From positions 1-64,000 of IMG/VR virus record IMGVR_UViG_3300014911_000002: a DNA stretch of 64,000 nucleotides; one strand, 5' to 3'. Origin of the DNA: a virus. The notes under the pieces were generated by a model. The model was given only the letters and a program-made list of their open reading frames with translations, was not told where the DNA came from and searched no databases. Position numbers and translations under genes: made by a program. This document shows positions 10,280 through 18,926 of the stretch, in pieces; within the stretch, counting starts at the first letter, position 1; each line of letters opens with the position of its first letter.

Positions 10280-10648
10280 ATGGCTTTTACCTGGACGCCA
10301 ATAGATGTTGGCGATGTTATTAAGAAAGCTCATGTTATCGAACTTCGCGACAATATAGATTATATTTCTGATAATCTCGCATGCGTTACAGATAAGGATT
10401 CAGTCCATAGCTCTTATGACTCAAGCTATAAATCGGGATATAACACAACAGTTGATAATTACGATAAAGGAACCTATAAGAGTGATCACAAAACTGGTAA
10501 CTACTGGGGTCATGAAGCCACTATATATTCAAACAATGATATAAATGAATATGGAACCCATGATGAATCCGCACTGTCCGCACCTGATAAAGGAACCTAC
10601 AACGGAGGTTATTATGTCGACTGCTCGGGATATAATTCACCAGTTTAG
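10280..10648 (+). CDS. Repeat protein B, paralog of A, putative radical SAM substrate
   Basis: GGTGA RBS; WTPIDVGDVIKKAHVIELRDNID, then a Cys and a 4-periodic tract. Confidence 0.75.
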   Translation: MAFTWTPIDVGDVIKKAHVIELRDNIDYISDNLACVTDKDSVHSSYDSSYKSGYNTTVDNYDKGTYKSDHKTGNYWGHEATIYSNNDINEYGTHDESALSAPDKGTYNGGYYVDCSGYNSPV

Positions 10649-11942
10649 AGAAATTCAAGCACTTGAGTTGTTCACATCTGCATTATGTCCGCTCAATTGT
10701 AGGTACTGCTATATTCCTAAATGTTCTGCAATGGCGAACATACATAACGACATAATTCAGAATACCTTAACAAATGAACAAACTAGAATCGTAAAAGAAA
10801 AATTTCCAAATTTAAGAACGATATCGTTATGGGGTGCAGAACCTACAGTATCATTAGAGAATTTACTGCCAAAATTGAAAAAATTTGCAGAATCTATAAA
10901 TAAGCTAGATTCGATCACTTTTTCCACAAATTTTGTAAATATAAAACCTATTAAACACCTATTGAAGGTATTCGAAGATATAGATATAGAATTAAAAATT
11001 CAAATATCTCTTGATGGGCCAGACTTTATCACCGATTATAATCGTGCACCAGGTCTAACTAAGCGAATTCTTGAAAACATTGACGAGCTCATTGATTTTG
11101 CAAAACAATTGGAATTCAAGAGAAAACCATTAATTCATTTTAAATCAACAATCACTACTGAAAATATGCGATATATGTTAAATAGAAATCTAATAGAGGA
11201 ATATTTTTCATTTTGGGATGAGTTGTTTTCATCAATAAAAGAGAAAGAATCCAATATGGCATTTATTCTCAAATGCTATCCAACACTTGAGGTTCCTGGA
11301 CGATATACAAAATTAGACGGTGAGACGTTTGCTAATTTCCTCAAACAAGTACATAGTATTGGCCAACATTCCGACTACACCTTTAGACTAATTCGACTTG
11401 TTCAATTTAGTAAGAACCTATATGCAAGACACCATGAATTCACCTGTTCAGCAATGGATTCGAATTTAGGCCTAGATGGGCTTACAGTCCATCCATGCCA
11501 CAGGACATTTTTCCTAGATCGTCAAGAATACTTAGATGCAATACTTAGGATGGATGCATATCAAAATTGGGATGTCTCACTTCTTGATAAAGGACTTATT
11601 GACGCAGCCAACAAAAACTTTGTGGTCCCAATAAAAGATAACGATTTTTCACGGTTTGCCTACCTTGGTCGAGCCTATCATGATTTCTTTCGATTTCGTG
11701 TATCTATTACTTCAGCGATCATTCACGAAATGGCACTCGCTGGAGAAGTCGGCAAATACTATTTAAGATTACCTGAGCTAAGGGAACTATTGAGTATATT
11801 TCTTCATGCAGCAGTCGGATGCCCAGTCGAATCGATATTGAATTCAGGCTCTATCCATCTTCCAATCCTTTCTTTGATTAGACTATTTGGAAATGGAGCT
11901 TTTATCGAGGTGATTAAAGATGCGGTTAATACCCTTGGATGA
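10614..11942 (+). CDS. Radical SAM enzyme with partial SPASM/twitch domain
   Basis: CPLNCRYC, WGAEP, ISLDGP, TCSA...HPCHR; GGAGGT RBS precedes the ATG at 10614. Confidence 0.9.
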   Translation: MSTARDIIHQFREIQALELFTSALCPLNCRYCYIPKCSAMANIHNDIIQNTLTNEQTRIVKEKFPNLRTISLWGAEPTVSLENLLPKLKKFAESINKLDSITFSTNFVNIKPIKHLLKVFEDIDIELKIQISLDGPDFITDYNRAPGLTKRILENIDELIDFAKQLEFKRKPLIHFKSTITTENMRYMLNRNLIEEYFSFWDELFSSIKEKESNMAFILKCYPTLEVPGRYTKLDGETFANFLKQVHSIGQHSDYTFRLIRLVQFSKNLYARHHEFTCSAMDSNLGLDGLTVHPCHRTFFLDRQEYLDAILRMDAYQNWDVSLLDKGLIDAANKNFVVPIKDNDFSRFAYLGRAYHDFFRFRVSITSAIIHEMALAGEVGKYYLRLPELRELLSIFLHAAVGCPVESILNSGSIHLPILSLIRLFGNGAFIEVIKDAVNTLG

Positions 11943-13227
11943 TGATGCAAAAGTTCTTGTTAATTTTCTAAATCGCACATTTCTTTCAGGATTTAAACAT
12001 CCTGAAAAAATGCCAAATTATAGCACAATAGAGCTTATAATAGACCCCTATTGCAATTTGGCGTGCAAATATTGTTATCTCAACAAATATGGAAAAGAGC
12101 TGAATCCAAATATTTCGATTTCTTCAATCCAAGAAAACTCGAAGAAGATAATAGATTTCCTTAAGGATTCAGGTTTTAAGGGAAGAATTGAGATATTCGG
12201 AGGAGAACCTCTTATAAAAGACTATGTATTAGATATAATAGAACGGCTTTTAATAGAGACAGACGCTAAGGAAATAGTAGTCCCATCTAATATGACTTTC
12301 CTATTGAATATGCAGAAAGATAAGAGAGTTAGAGAATTAATTGAGTTAGGAAAGGATCTTGGAAGGCCCTTCCTCATATCCTCATCCTGGGACGGAAAAT
12401 TAATGCAGGCGATCAATCGACCATTCAAAGTGAAAAAATCTGTGGATTTTGATGCTTGGGCGGATAAAATTTTTGAATTTGCAACTCACTATAAAATTGG
12501 ATTTCACCCGATGATATATTCAAATAATATAGAACAATGGTTTGATAATTTTTTATGGTTTCAGAAAAAATTCCAAGAGTTCAACATACCATTTAGCAGC
12601 CTTTATCTTTTGGAAGTACGAAACCCTGAATGGACGGTTGAACAAATCAAAGCATTCATGACCTTTATTGATAATGTTGTTAAATGGACATTTCACACGC
12701 CTTGCAAATCGCAAAAGGAAAATTTTCTCGAGTTTTTATTCGAAAAAAGAGGGTATAATTTACTATCCGCACCATTTTCAACGATAGGAAGAGGTATTGG
12801 TTGCTCCATTCAATCTGCACTGCACATTCGAGTTAATGATCTTGCCATAGTGCCATGCCATAGAACGTCTTATGAGCATTTTGTTGCTGGATATCTCAAG
12901 TTTGACGGAAAAAATGTCTATGTCAAATCGAAAAACATAGTCCCATATTTAGCCATACATACGCTTTCTGCAAAAACACTTCCTATGTGCGAACACTGTC
13001 CTCTCAATTCTATGTGTTCATTTGGATGTTTAGGTGCACAGTATGAAACTACAGGCGATTTATTTACGCCTATCCCAACAGTATGTATGCTTGAGCACGG
13101 AAAAGTTTTTCAACTTATCAAGAGCTTTATGGATATTAATGTACTAAACGATATAAAGGCTAGGGTTTCTCCTGATAAAAAATCAGCCATAGATTTATTT
13201 GAGGGGTATTATGAACGAGGTGTTTGA
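11920..13227 (+). CDS. Radical SAM/SPASM peptide-maturase-like enzyme
   Basis: CNLACKYC, FGGEP, GCSI...VPCHR, CEHCPLNSMCSFGCLG...PTVC. Confidence 0.92.
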   Translation: MRLIPLDDDAKVLVNFLNRTFLSGFKHPEKMPNYSTIELIIDPYCNLACKYCYLNKYGKELNPNISISSIQENSKKIIDFLKDSGFKGRIEIFGGEPLIKDYVLDIIERLLIETDAKEIVVPSNMTFLLNMQKDKRVRELIELGKDLGRPFLISSSWDGKLMQAINRPFKVKKSVDFDAWADKIFEFATHYKIGFHPMIYSNNIEQWFDNFLWFQKKFQEFNIPFSSLYLLEVRNPEWTVEQIKAFMTFIDNVVKWTFHTPCKSQKENFLEFLFEKRGYNLLSAPFSTIGRGIGCSIQSALHIRVNDLAIVPCHRTSYEHFVAGYLKFDGKNVYVKSKNIVPYLAIHTLSAKTLPMCEHCPLNSMCSFGCLGAQYETTGDLFTPIPTVCMLEHGKVFQLIKSFMDINVLNDIKARVSPDKKSAIDLFEGYYERGV

Positions 13228-13699
13228 ACGAGTTAAAGGTGAATTAAAAGCTAGAAAATTTATTCCGTTGATACTCTCGAAGGATTTCATCAAAGAACTT
13301 TGGGGGACTGTATCGGATATTGAAAAAGAAATCAGAAAGGCGATTGAAGGAGAGAAGATCGAAAAAGACGATAAGATATATGAGTCAATCAAGAAATTTA
13401 GGGATATTTTTCGGGAGAGAATTGTGAGGGAACCGCTTTCTCCAAATCTTGCTAAATTTATACGAGATGTTCTCACTATATTTTACAATTATCTTTCAGC
13501 AGTCGATGATCAAGAGATGAAGGAAGAAATGTTAATACTAGTAAGATTATTAGATGGTTTTCTAACGTTGAATGAAGCTATAGCGATTTCTAGAGAACTA
13601 ATTGACTATCTCCGCAGGATGATGTACTATTCACCACCATATGTTGAACTTTCCAAGCATTATCTTGAAACGCTCCTTAACGAATGTGAAGAGCCATAG
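13211..13699 (+). CDS. Helical hypothetical protein, last gene of the rSAM cassette
   Basis: GAGGGG RBS; overlaps the rSAM2 stop; no recognised motif. Confidence 0.65.
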   Translation: MNEVFERVKGELKARKFIPLILSKDFIKELWGTVSDIEKEIRKAIEGEKIEKDDKIYESIKKFRDIFRERIVREPLSPNLAKFIRDVLTIFYNYLSAVDDQEMKEEMLILVRLLDGFLTLNEAIAISRELIDYLRRMMYYSPPYVELSKHYLETLLNECEEP

Positions 13700-13709
13700 C
13701 TATTAATTC

Positions 13710-14573
13710 ATGACTGATGGTGGATTTCCTTATACATTTCCATTCTTCTTCGAGGATTCTTTTCAGAAACAAGTGAGAGCATTCGTAATGGTAGATCTAA
13801 CAGAGCATGATACAGCAAAACCCCAGGTCAAATTTGGTGCATGGCAACCAACGGGCTCTAGCACATACAGATGTATGATATCGGGCCTCAAACTTTATTT
13901 TTACATCGATGAAACATTGAAAGACACAATTAACCTTTCAGACCTCACCCTAGATCAGAATATAAAATTTGGACGAGGGTCGCCGCATAATTTCAATACT
14001 CTCGTATTCCGCATGATTGATACAGCGTATTCCTCTCAAGGAGTTGTTGCCTCCTCTGGCGCGTTCCCTTGGATATCCGGTGCCCTATGGGAATATTCAG
14101 TCGAAGATCTTGCTCAGGGTTTGAAAGTTTCCTACGATAGTGGCTCTTCTTGGACTCTACATCCCGATAAAAAACTCGATCTCGTATTAGGTTGGAATTA
14201 TGATTACGTCACAGGACGATATAAGGATTCTGGTTCGATTCAAACTTATGGTCCTCACTTTTATAAAGTAAGTGAACCGCTTATAACCACAAGAGATGAT
14301 GCAAGAACCCTAGCAAGAAGATATGTCGAGACTTACAAAGATGGAATTAAAACAGGTTCGGTGACAATTAAAGGCAAAACAGATATTTCTCTTTCAAATA
14401 AATTCAGGCTTTATCTCCCAGAAGTTGGAATCAATGAGACATTAGTTATAGCATCATATCAGCAACGGATAGATAAGAATGGTTTCACTACAAGAATCAA
14501 TTATGGTACAGTTCCATATGATATTGCAGCTAAAGTTGCACGGCTTGAGCGTAAGATAGAGTCTCAAATATAA
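13710..14573 (+). CDS. Baseplate hub/tail protein, C-terminal half (alternative start 13788)
   Basis: DSGSIQTYG...ITTRDDARTLARRYVETYK...GSVTIKG...GFTTRINYG is a typical hub C-terminus; same reading frame as 8109..9566. Confidence 0.78.
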   Translation: MTDGGFPYTFPFFFEDSFQKQVRAFVMVDLTEHDTAKPQVKFGAWQPTGSSTYRCMISGLKLYFYIDETLKDTINLSDLTLDQNIKFGRGSPHNFNTLVFRMIDTAYSSQGVVASSGAFPWISGALWEYSVEDLAQGLKVSYDSGSSWTLHPDKKLDLVLGWNYDYVTGRYKDSGSIQTYGPHFYKVSEPLITTRDDARTLARRYVETYKDGIKTGSVTIKGKTDISLSNKFRLYLPEVGINETLVIASYQQRIDKNGFTTRINYGTVPYDIAAKVARLERKIESQI

Positions 14574-14675
14574 TGACGTATGAACTATAACGATGGAAAC
14601 GAAAAAAGCTGTATAGGATTAGAAAGTCCAAGAATTTAGGTACTTTGTGGAGGATGTCGGAAATAGGGATTAGAT

Positions 14676-15644
14676 ATGGCCTTGGAGCCTTCATCAGGAT
14701 GGTCTTACTATAAACAAATTGATATTTCTGATGCTGCTAATGTTAGTGCTAACTATCAGATGAGATTAACAGTTTATGCTGGAGAAGGTGAGGATGATAC
14801 CGCTGATGGAATAATTTATTGCGATAATCATTGTGAGAATTTTCCGAATGACATTCGTTTTGGCACTAGAAATGACCCATCCATCGCCACTCAACTTGCT
14901 CAATGGATTGAGGAGAGTGATGCTACGAGTGCAACTATCTGGGTGAAATGCCCAAGTGATGGAAGCGATACATTCTACATGTTCGTTGGGAATTCATCAG
15001 CAAGTCAGTATAGCGATGGTGAAAATACATTTATTTTCTTTGATGATTTTGAAAGCTATGATACAGATAAATGGCAAACAGATGCCGGCTCTCCAGAAAT
15101 ATCTGGCAACACCTGGTTGAGACTTAAGAACGGAGTCAAAGTGAAGACAGTTGATACTTTCGTTCGACCAAAGCGTTTTTTCATGAAAGTGAAGATTAAG
15201 CACATTGAGTCTAACGATGATGATTTCCATCTTATGCTTGCAAACCAATATAGAAATAACAGAGATGATGATATTGATTTTGACTTTGATACAAGCCCAA
15301 TAGCGTTATATCTGATGGTTCATAATGACAATAGTGGAGGTTATAGAAACATAAGTTACACATCAGATACAATATACAAATGCTTCGCAAAATGGAAGAG
15401 CGATGAAGTTAAAATGTATATAGATGGTAAATTAAAATACGCACAATCATCTCCCATTCCCGATGAGGCTTTAAATATTCGACTTGAAGATAGATATGGA
15501 AATGGTGACGAGGCTTATATTGACTATGTAGCAATTTTAAAATATGCATCAACAGAGCCTGCATGGTCATATTTCAGTCCGTGGATAGATATGTCGGAAG
15601 TTCAATCTAATCTACCATTTTTGAATATAGCCTTTAAAAAATGA
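14676..15644 (+). CDS. DUF2341-domain protein with lectin/LamG-like C-terminus (virion)
   Basis: WSYYKQIDI, NYQMRL, FPNDIRF, LAQWIE, ATIWVK, TFIFFDDFE motifs. Confidence 0.8.
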   Translation: MALEPSSGWSYYKQIDISDAANVSANYQMRLTVYAGEGEDDTADGIIYCDNHCENFPNDIRFGTRNDPSIATQLAQWIEESDATSATIWVKCPSDGSDTFYMFVGNSSASQYSDGENTFIFFDDFESYDTDKWQTDAGSPEISGNTWLRLKNGVKVKTVDTFVRPKRFFMKVKIKHIESNDDDFHLMLANQYRNNRDDDIDFDFDTSPIALYLMVHNDNSGGYRNISYTSDTIYKCFAKWKSDEVKMYIDGKLKYAQSSPIPDEALNIRLEDRYGNGDEAYIDYVAILKYASTEPAWSYFSPWIDMSEVQSNLPFLNIAFKK

Positions 15645-15970
15645 ATACTATAGCTTATGGAATGTGCCTGAGATGGGACGAAGAGAACTGGAATGTAATC
15701 CTAGAAGTAGTTATGCGTAGTTCTCATCGGGACGCTCTACTTCAGAACATAACTCCTGGCGCAGTAGCGGAGTTATATAACATCCTTGGAGAGCCTAAGT
15801 ATATCGATACAACTTATAACTCAGGAAATACTCTATGGGTGTATCCATTATCTGGCACAGGTTTATTCGATTTGAGAGAGCCTGTGAAAATAGCCGTTAA
15901 AAATTACTCTGAACACCTTCTTCGGGATGGAACATTTAGGATAAAAATTGAAGGAGTAAAATTAGAATGA
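15641..15970 (+). CDS. Hypothetical tail-region protein, paralog of the next gene
   Basis: ITPGAVAELYNILGEPKYIDTT...VKNYSE...FRIKIEG. Confidence 0.7.
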   Translation: MNTIAYGMCLRWDEENWNVILEVVMRSSHRDALLQNITPGAVAELYNILGEPKYIDTTYNSGNTLWVYPLSGTGLFDLREPVKIAVKNYSEHLLRDGTFRIKIEGVKLE

Positions 15971-16356
15971 CATTTGGACCAAAATTAATAAGAATTTATT
16001 ACTCATCCCTTTCCATTCCACATTATATCGATGCAACCTGCACCCGTTTAGAAATCTCCAACTATTCTGTTATATTCGAAACTATTTTAGATAAAAATCA
16101 AAGGGATAAATTATACAACCATATTACTCCAGGTGCTGTGTCGACTCTCTATCAAATACTCGGAAAACCAGTTTTCTACGATACAACCCTTAGAGGTCTT
16201 AATACTATAATGCTTGCACCTATTGCTGGTACAAGAATCAATGATGCCTACGATAATATCATCTTATATGTGAAAAACTATTCTGAGTTTATCGACCCAG
16301 CAAATAATTTCCATATAAAGATAGAAGGATACATTTCGGGTGAGTTTTATGGTTAA
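15967..16356 (+). CDS. Hypothetical tail-region protein, paralog of the previous gene
   Basis: ITPGAVSTLYQILGKPVFYDTT...VKNYSE...FHIKIEG. Confidence 0.7.
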   Translation: MTFGPKLIRIYYSSLSIPHYIDATCTRLEISNYSVIFETILDKNQRDKLYNHITPGAVSTLYQILGKPVFYDTTLRGLNTIMLAPIAGTRINDAYDNIILYVKNYSEFIDPANNFHIKIEGYISGEFYG

Positions 16357-16687
16357 ACTCTATCAATATAAAGCTAAAATTTTATCAGTTTATGATGGTG
16401 ATACCTGTACAGCCTTGGTTGATTTGGGATTTAATACTTTTAGGAAAATAAAGATTAGACTAGTGGGAATAAACACTCCAGAATTAAAATCCAAGGATCT
16501 CAGAGAACGGCTCAAAGCAAAAGCAGCTAGAAATAGGCTAAAGGAATTGGTTCTTGGGAAGGATGTCTATATCATCTCTCATGGTAAAGGGAAATATGGA
16601 AGATGGTTGTGTGATATGTATTTGCAAGATGGGACGCACATCAATAAATTGCTTTTAAAGGAGGGTTATGCTGTCAAATATCCGTAA
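16349..16687 (+). CDS. Thermonuclease (SNase-like)
   Basis: VYDGDT, IRLVGINTPE, GKYGRWL, INKLLLKEGYA. Confidence 0.92.
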   Translation: MVKLYQYKAKILSVYDGDTCTALVDLGFNTFRKIKIRLVGINTPELKSKDLRERLKAKAARNRLKELVLGKDVYIISHGKGKYGRWLCDMYLQDGTHINKLLLKEGYAVKYP

Positions 16688-17126
16688 AGTTCTTTGTAAC
16701 TTCCTCAAGTGTTATGATATTAACGCCTCTCCTTTCGAATATACAAGAACTTATGATGCTTCTGAAATCTTAACTCTTCTAAGGTCGGAATTTGATACTG
16801 GAAGAATCTATCTTTCGGATACAGTTTATAAGACAGTACCAAAGGAAACACTTAGAAAATTTCTCTCAAAAGATTCTACAAATTTCTTCCTCTACACTCC
16901 AGAATTCTATGACTGCGATGATTTTTCCTATCGCCTTATGGGTCAACTTTCTACTCCCGGTTATGGAGCTTTACCATTTGGAATCATTTGGGTAATGACT
17001 TCTCGTGGTGGTCATGCACTAAATGTCTTCATCGATGATCAAGAGGAGATTTGGTTAGTTGAGCCACAGAATGATAAGATTTTTAAAATGCCAAAAGACT
17101 GGAAGGCATATATCATTATGATGTAA
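16668..17126 (+). CDS. Papain/transglutaminase-like Cys-His protein
   Basis: YDCDDFS...GGHALN...VEPQND. Confidence 0.65.
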   Translation: MLSNIRKVLCNFLKCYDINASPFEYTRTYDASEILTLLRSEFDTGRIYLSDTVYKTVPKETLRKFLSKDSTNFFLYTPEFYDCDDFSYRLMGQLSTPGYGALPFGIIWVMTSRGGHALNVFIDDQEEIWLVEPQNDKIFKMPKDWKAYIIMM

Positions 17127-17131
17127 AAAAT

Positions 17132-17257
17132 AAATATCGCGTTAAACGCGTCTAACGTGGCCGTAGACGCGAGTTTTATCCCCGCAAGTATCATAATACT
17201 TATTTTGAAAAAACTCGTCTCTACGTGCGTGTTAGATGCCTTTAACGCGATAATTTT
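17132..17257. repeat. Dispersed palindromic element, copy 2, at the convergence of the + and - gene blocks
   Basis: ~46-bp imperfect inverted arms ATATCGCGTTAAA...GAGTTTT / AAAACTCGTCTCTACG...TTTAACGCGATA; core starts CAAGTAT. Confidence 0.88.
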
Positions 17258-17271
17258 AGACCCTTTACGAC

Positions 17272-18213
17272 CTATTTTCCGCAATTCCGCCCAATGAATG
17301 TTAAATTTGACGTCATCCCAAATTTTATCAAGAGCTCTTCATAATTCCTATTAAATTCCTTGAAAAGACGTTCCACTTCGTCTAGCATATAATTTTTCTC
17401 AAGTGGGTTTATATTCAACCAGCGCCTTATTGATATTTCCCAAAGCCCGATTTCACAAGACTCTTGTGGCTGTTTCTCAATAATCCAGTGAATATGGTTA
17501 AAGACATTATAATCTTGGGTGTAATAGATTCTTCCCTCTAGACCAACCCTTCTCAGGAGAAGGCGCAACGATTGCTTCGAAAAATAATTATAATGATATT
17601 TGTGAAAATAAAACGTCTCATATGATGGTATTTTATATAAATCCTTCAAAGCATCATGAAGATTAGGCACTTCAATTATTATGGTCCCATCAGGTTTTAG
17701 ATGCTGCTTAACCTTTATAAGATATGCAACAGGATCCTCTATGTGTTCTAAGGTCTGAAACATCGTAATAATATCAAATGCTTCTTCTTCCGGTACATCA
17801 TCAATAGTGCCATGAATTACTTTATAGCCAGTTTTCTCCTCTGCATATTCTGCCTCTCTCTTATTAGGTTCTACACCAATTGCAACACTAACTTTTCCTT
17901 TAATATTCCATAAAAATGCACCAACTCCGCAACCAACATCAAGAAGAGACTTGCTCCTGTCGAGATACCTTCTAAGAATTCTGAGTCTTCTCCATTGATT
18001 TCTACATTCTATATCAAAGAGTTTTTGAATATCTGTTTCTTTTCCAATAGTTGGGCCGTGTGTTTTCCTGTAGCTATTATAGGATATTTCATCTTTTGGT
18101 AATAATCTAGCAAAATCACAATGTCTGCAATAATATATCTCTCCCTTTTCTCCATTTCTTAGATTATCCGTTAAAAACTCCATTTCTTGATTGCATAAGA
18201 TGCATCTCATCAT
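17272..18213 (-). CDS. Class I SAM-dependent methyltransferase with N-terminal Zn finger
   Basis: CILC...CRHC, LLDVGCGVG, FQTLEHIEDP, LKPDG...EVPN. Confidence 0.9.
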   Translation of the reverse strand: MMRCILCNQEMEFLTDNLRNGEKGEIYYCRHCDFARLLPKDEISYNSYRKTHGPTIGKETDIQKLFDIECRNQWRRLRILRRYLDRSKSLLDVGCGVGAFLWNIKGKVSVAIGVEPNKREAEYAEEKTGYKVIHGTIDDVPEEEAFDIITMFQTLEHIEDPVAYLIKVKQHLKPDGTIIIEVPNLHDALKDLYKIPSYETFYFHKYHYNYFSKQSLRLLLRRVGLEGRIYYTQDYNVFNHIHWIIEKQPQESCEIGLWEISIRRWLNINPLEKNYMLDEVERLFKEFNRNYEELLIKFGMTSNLTFIGRNCGK

Positions 18214-18926
18214 AAAACCTCCTCATAGTCTTTATAGGGAAATATATCGAGTTTTCCGCCACGGGATAGATTGTAAATCTCTATACCACGTTCATCAAAC
18301 AATTTCTTTATAACCTTCCAAGATTTGTAAGCCGTATCTAAGTCACGGACATCGGTTATTCTTGGCCAGTATCGTTTTGGCATTTTCCTCCAATCATAGA
18401 AATATGCATTATTGAAAGTCTTATCGACTTCATAATAGTAGGTTGTATCGCAGCCCATTATGTATATTCGCTTGAAGCCCATATATTGGGCTAAAGCCAT
18501 AGAGCAGGTAATAACTGCACTACCGCCAAAAATAATTTCCTTTGAAATATCCCATTCATAATCGCCATCAAATATTCGCCTTTTATTTGTCCAATTGAAA
18601 TAGTAAATTCTATCTTCGGGGAATTGTTTTGTCCTATCGTTTATTGGTTTAAATTCGCTACGTAGAAAGTACAATGCATTTTTGTTTTTCAAGAGACGAC
18701 GCAGTTTCCAATCATCAAATCTTCCAAACAGCCACGAGATTCGGGAAGCCTCTGACCAAAATATGTGTTCGAATTCTGGCCAAAGTGGATGCATATGAAA
18801 GTCATTGACTACAAAGACGTATCTATCAGTTATCTTTGATAAATCATGTTGATTTAGAGATGGACCGTTTCCAAGAACGAAACATTCTTCGCCTTTATAC
18901 TTATCCTTTAACTCACTGATTTGCAT
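18210..18926 (-). CDS. DUF115/Maf-like protein, putative nonulosonate transferase
   Basis: CFVLGNGPSL, ALAQYMGFKRIYIMGCD, IYNLSRGG. Confidence 0.75.
   Translation of the reverse strand: MQISELKDKYKGEECFVLGNGPSLNQHDLSKITDRYVFVVNDFHMHPLWPEFEHIFWSEASRISWLFGRFDDWKLRRLLKNKNALYFLRSEFKPINDRTKQFPEDRIYYFNWTNKRRIFDGDYEWDISKEIIFGGSAVITCSMALAQYMGFKRIYIMGCDTTYYYEVDKTFNNAYFYDWRKMPKRYWPRITDVRDLDTAYKSWKVIKKLFDERGIEIYNLSRGGKLDIFPYKDYEEVL

Noticed and set aside
9792-10648. Diversity-generating retroelement (Asn/Tyr-rich tracts with many AAY codons in tail-region genes)
   Set aside because: No reverse transcriptase in the window and no near-identical TR/VR pair differing only at adenines was seen
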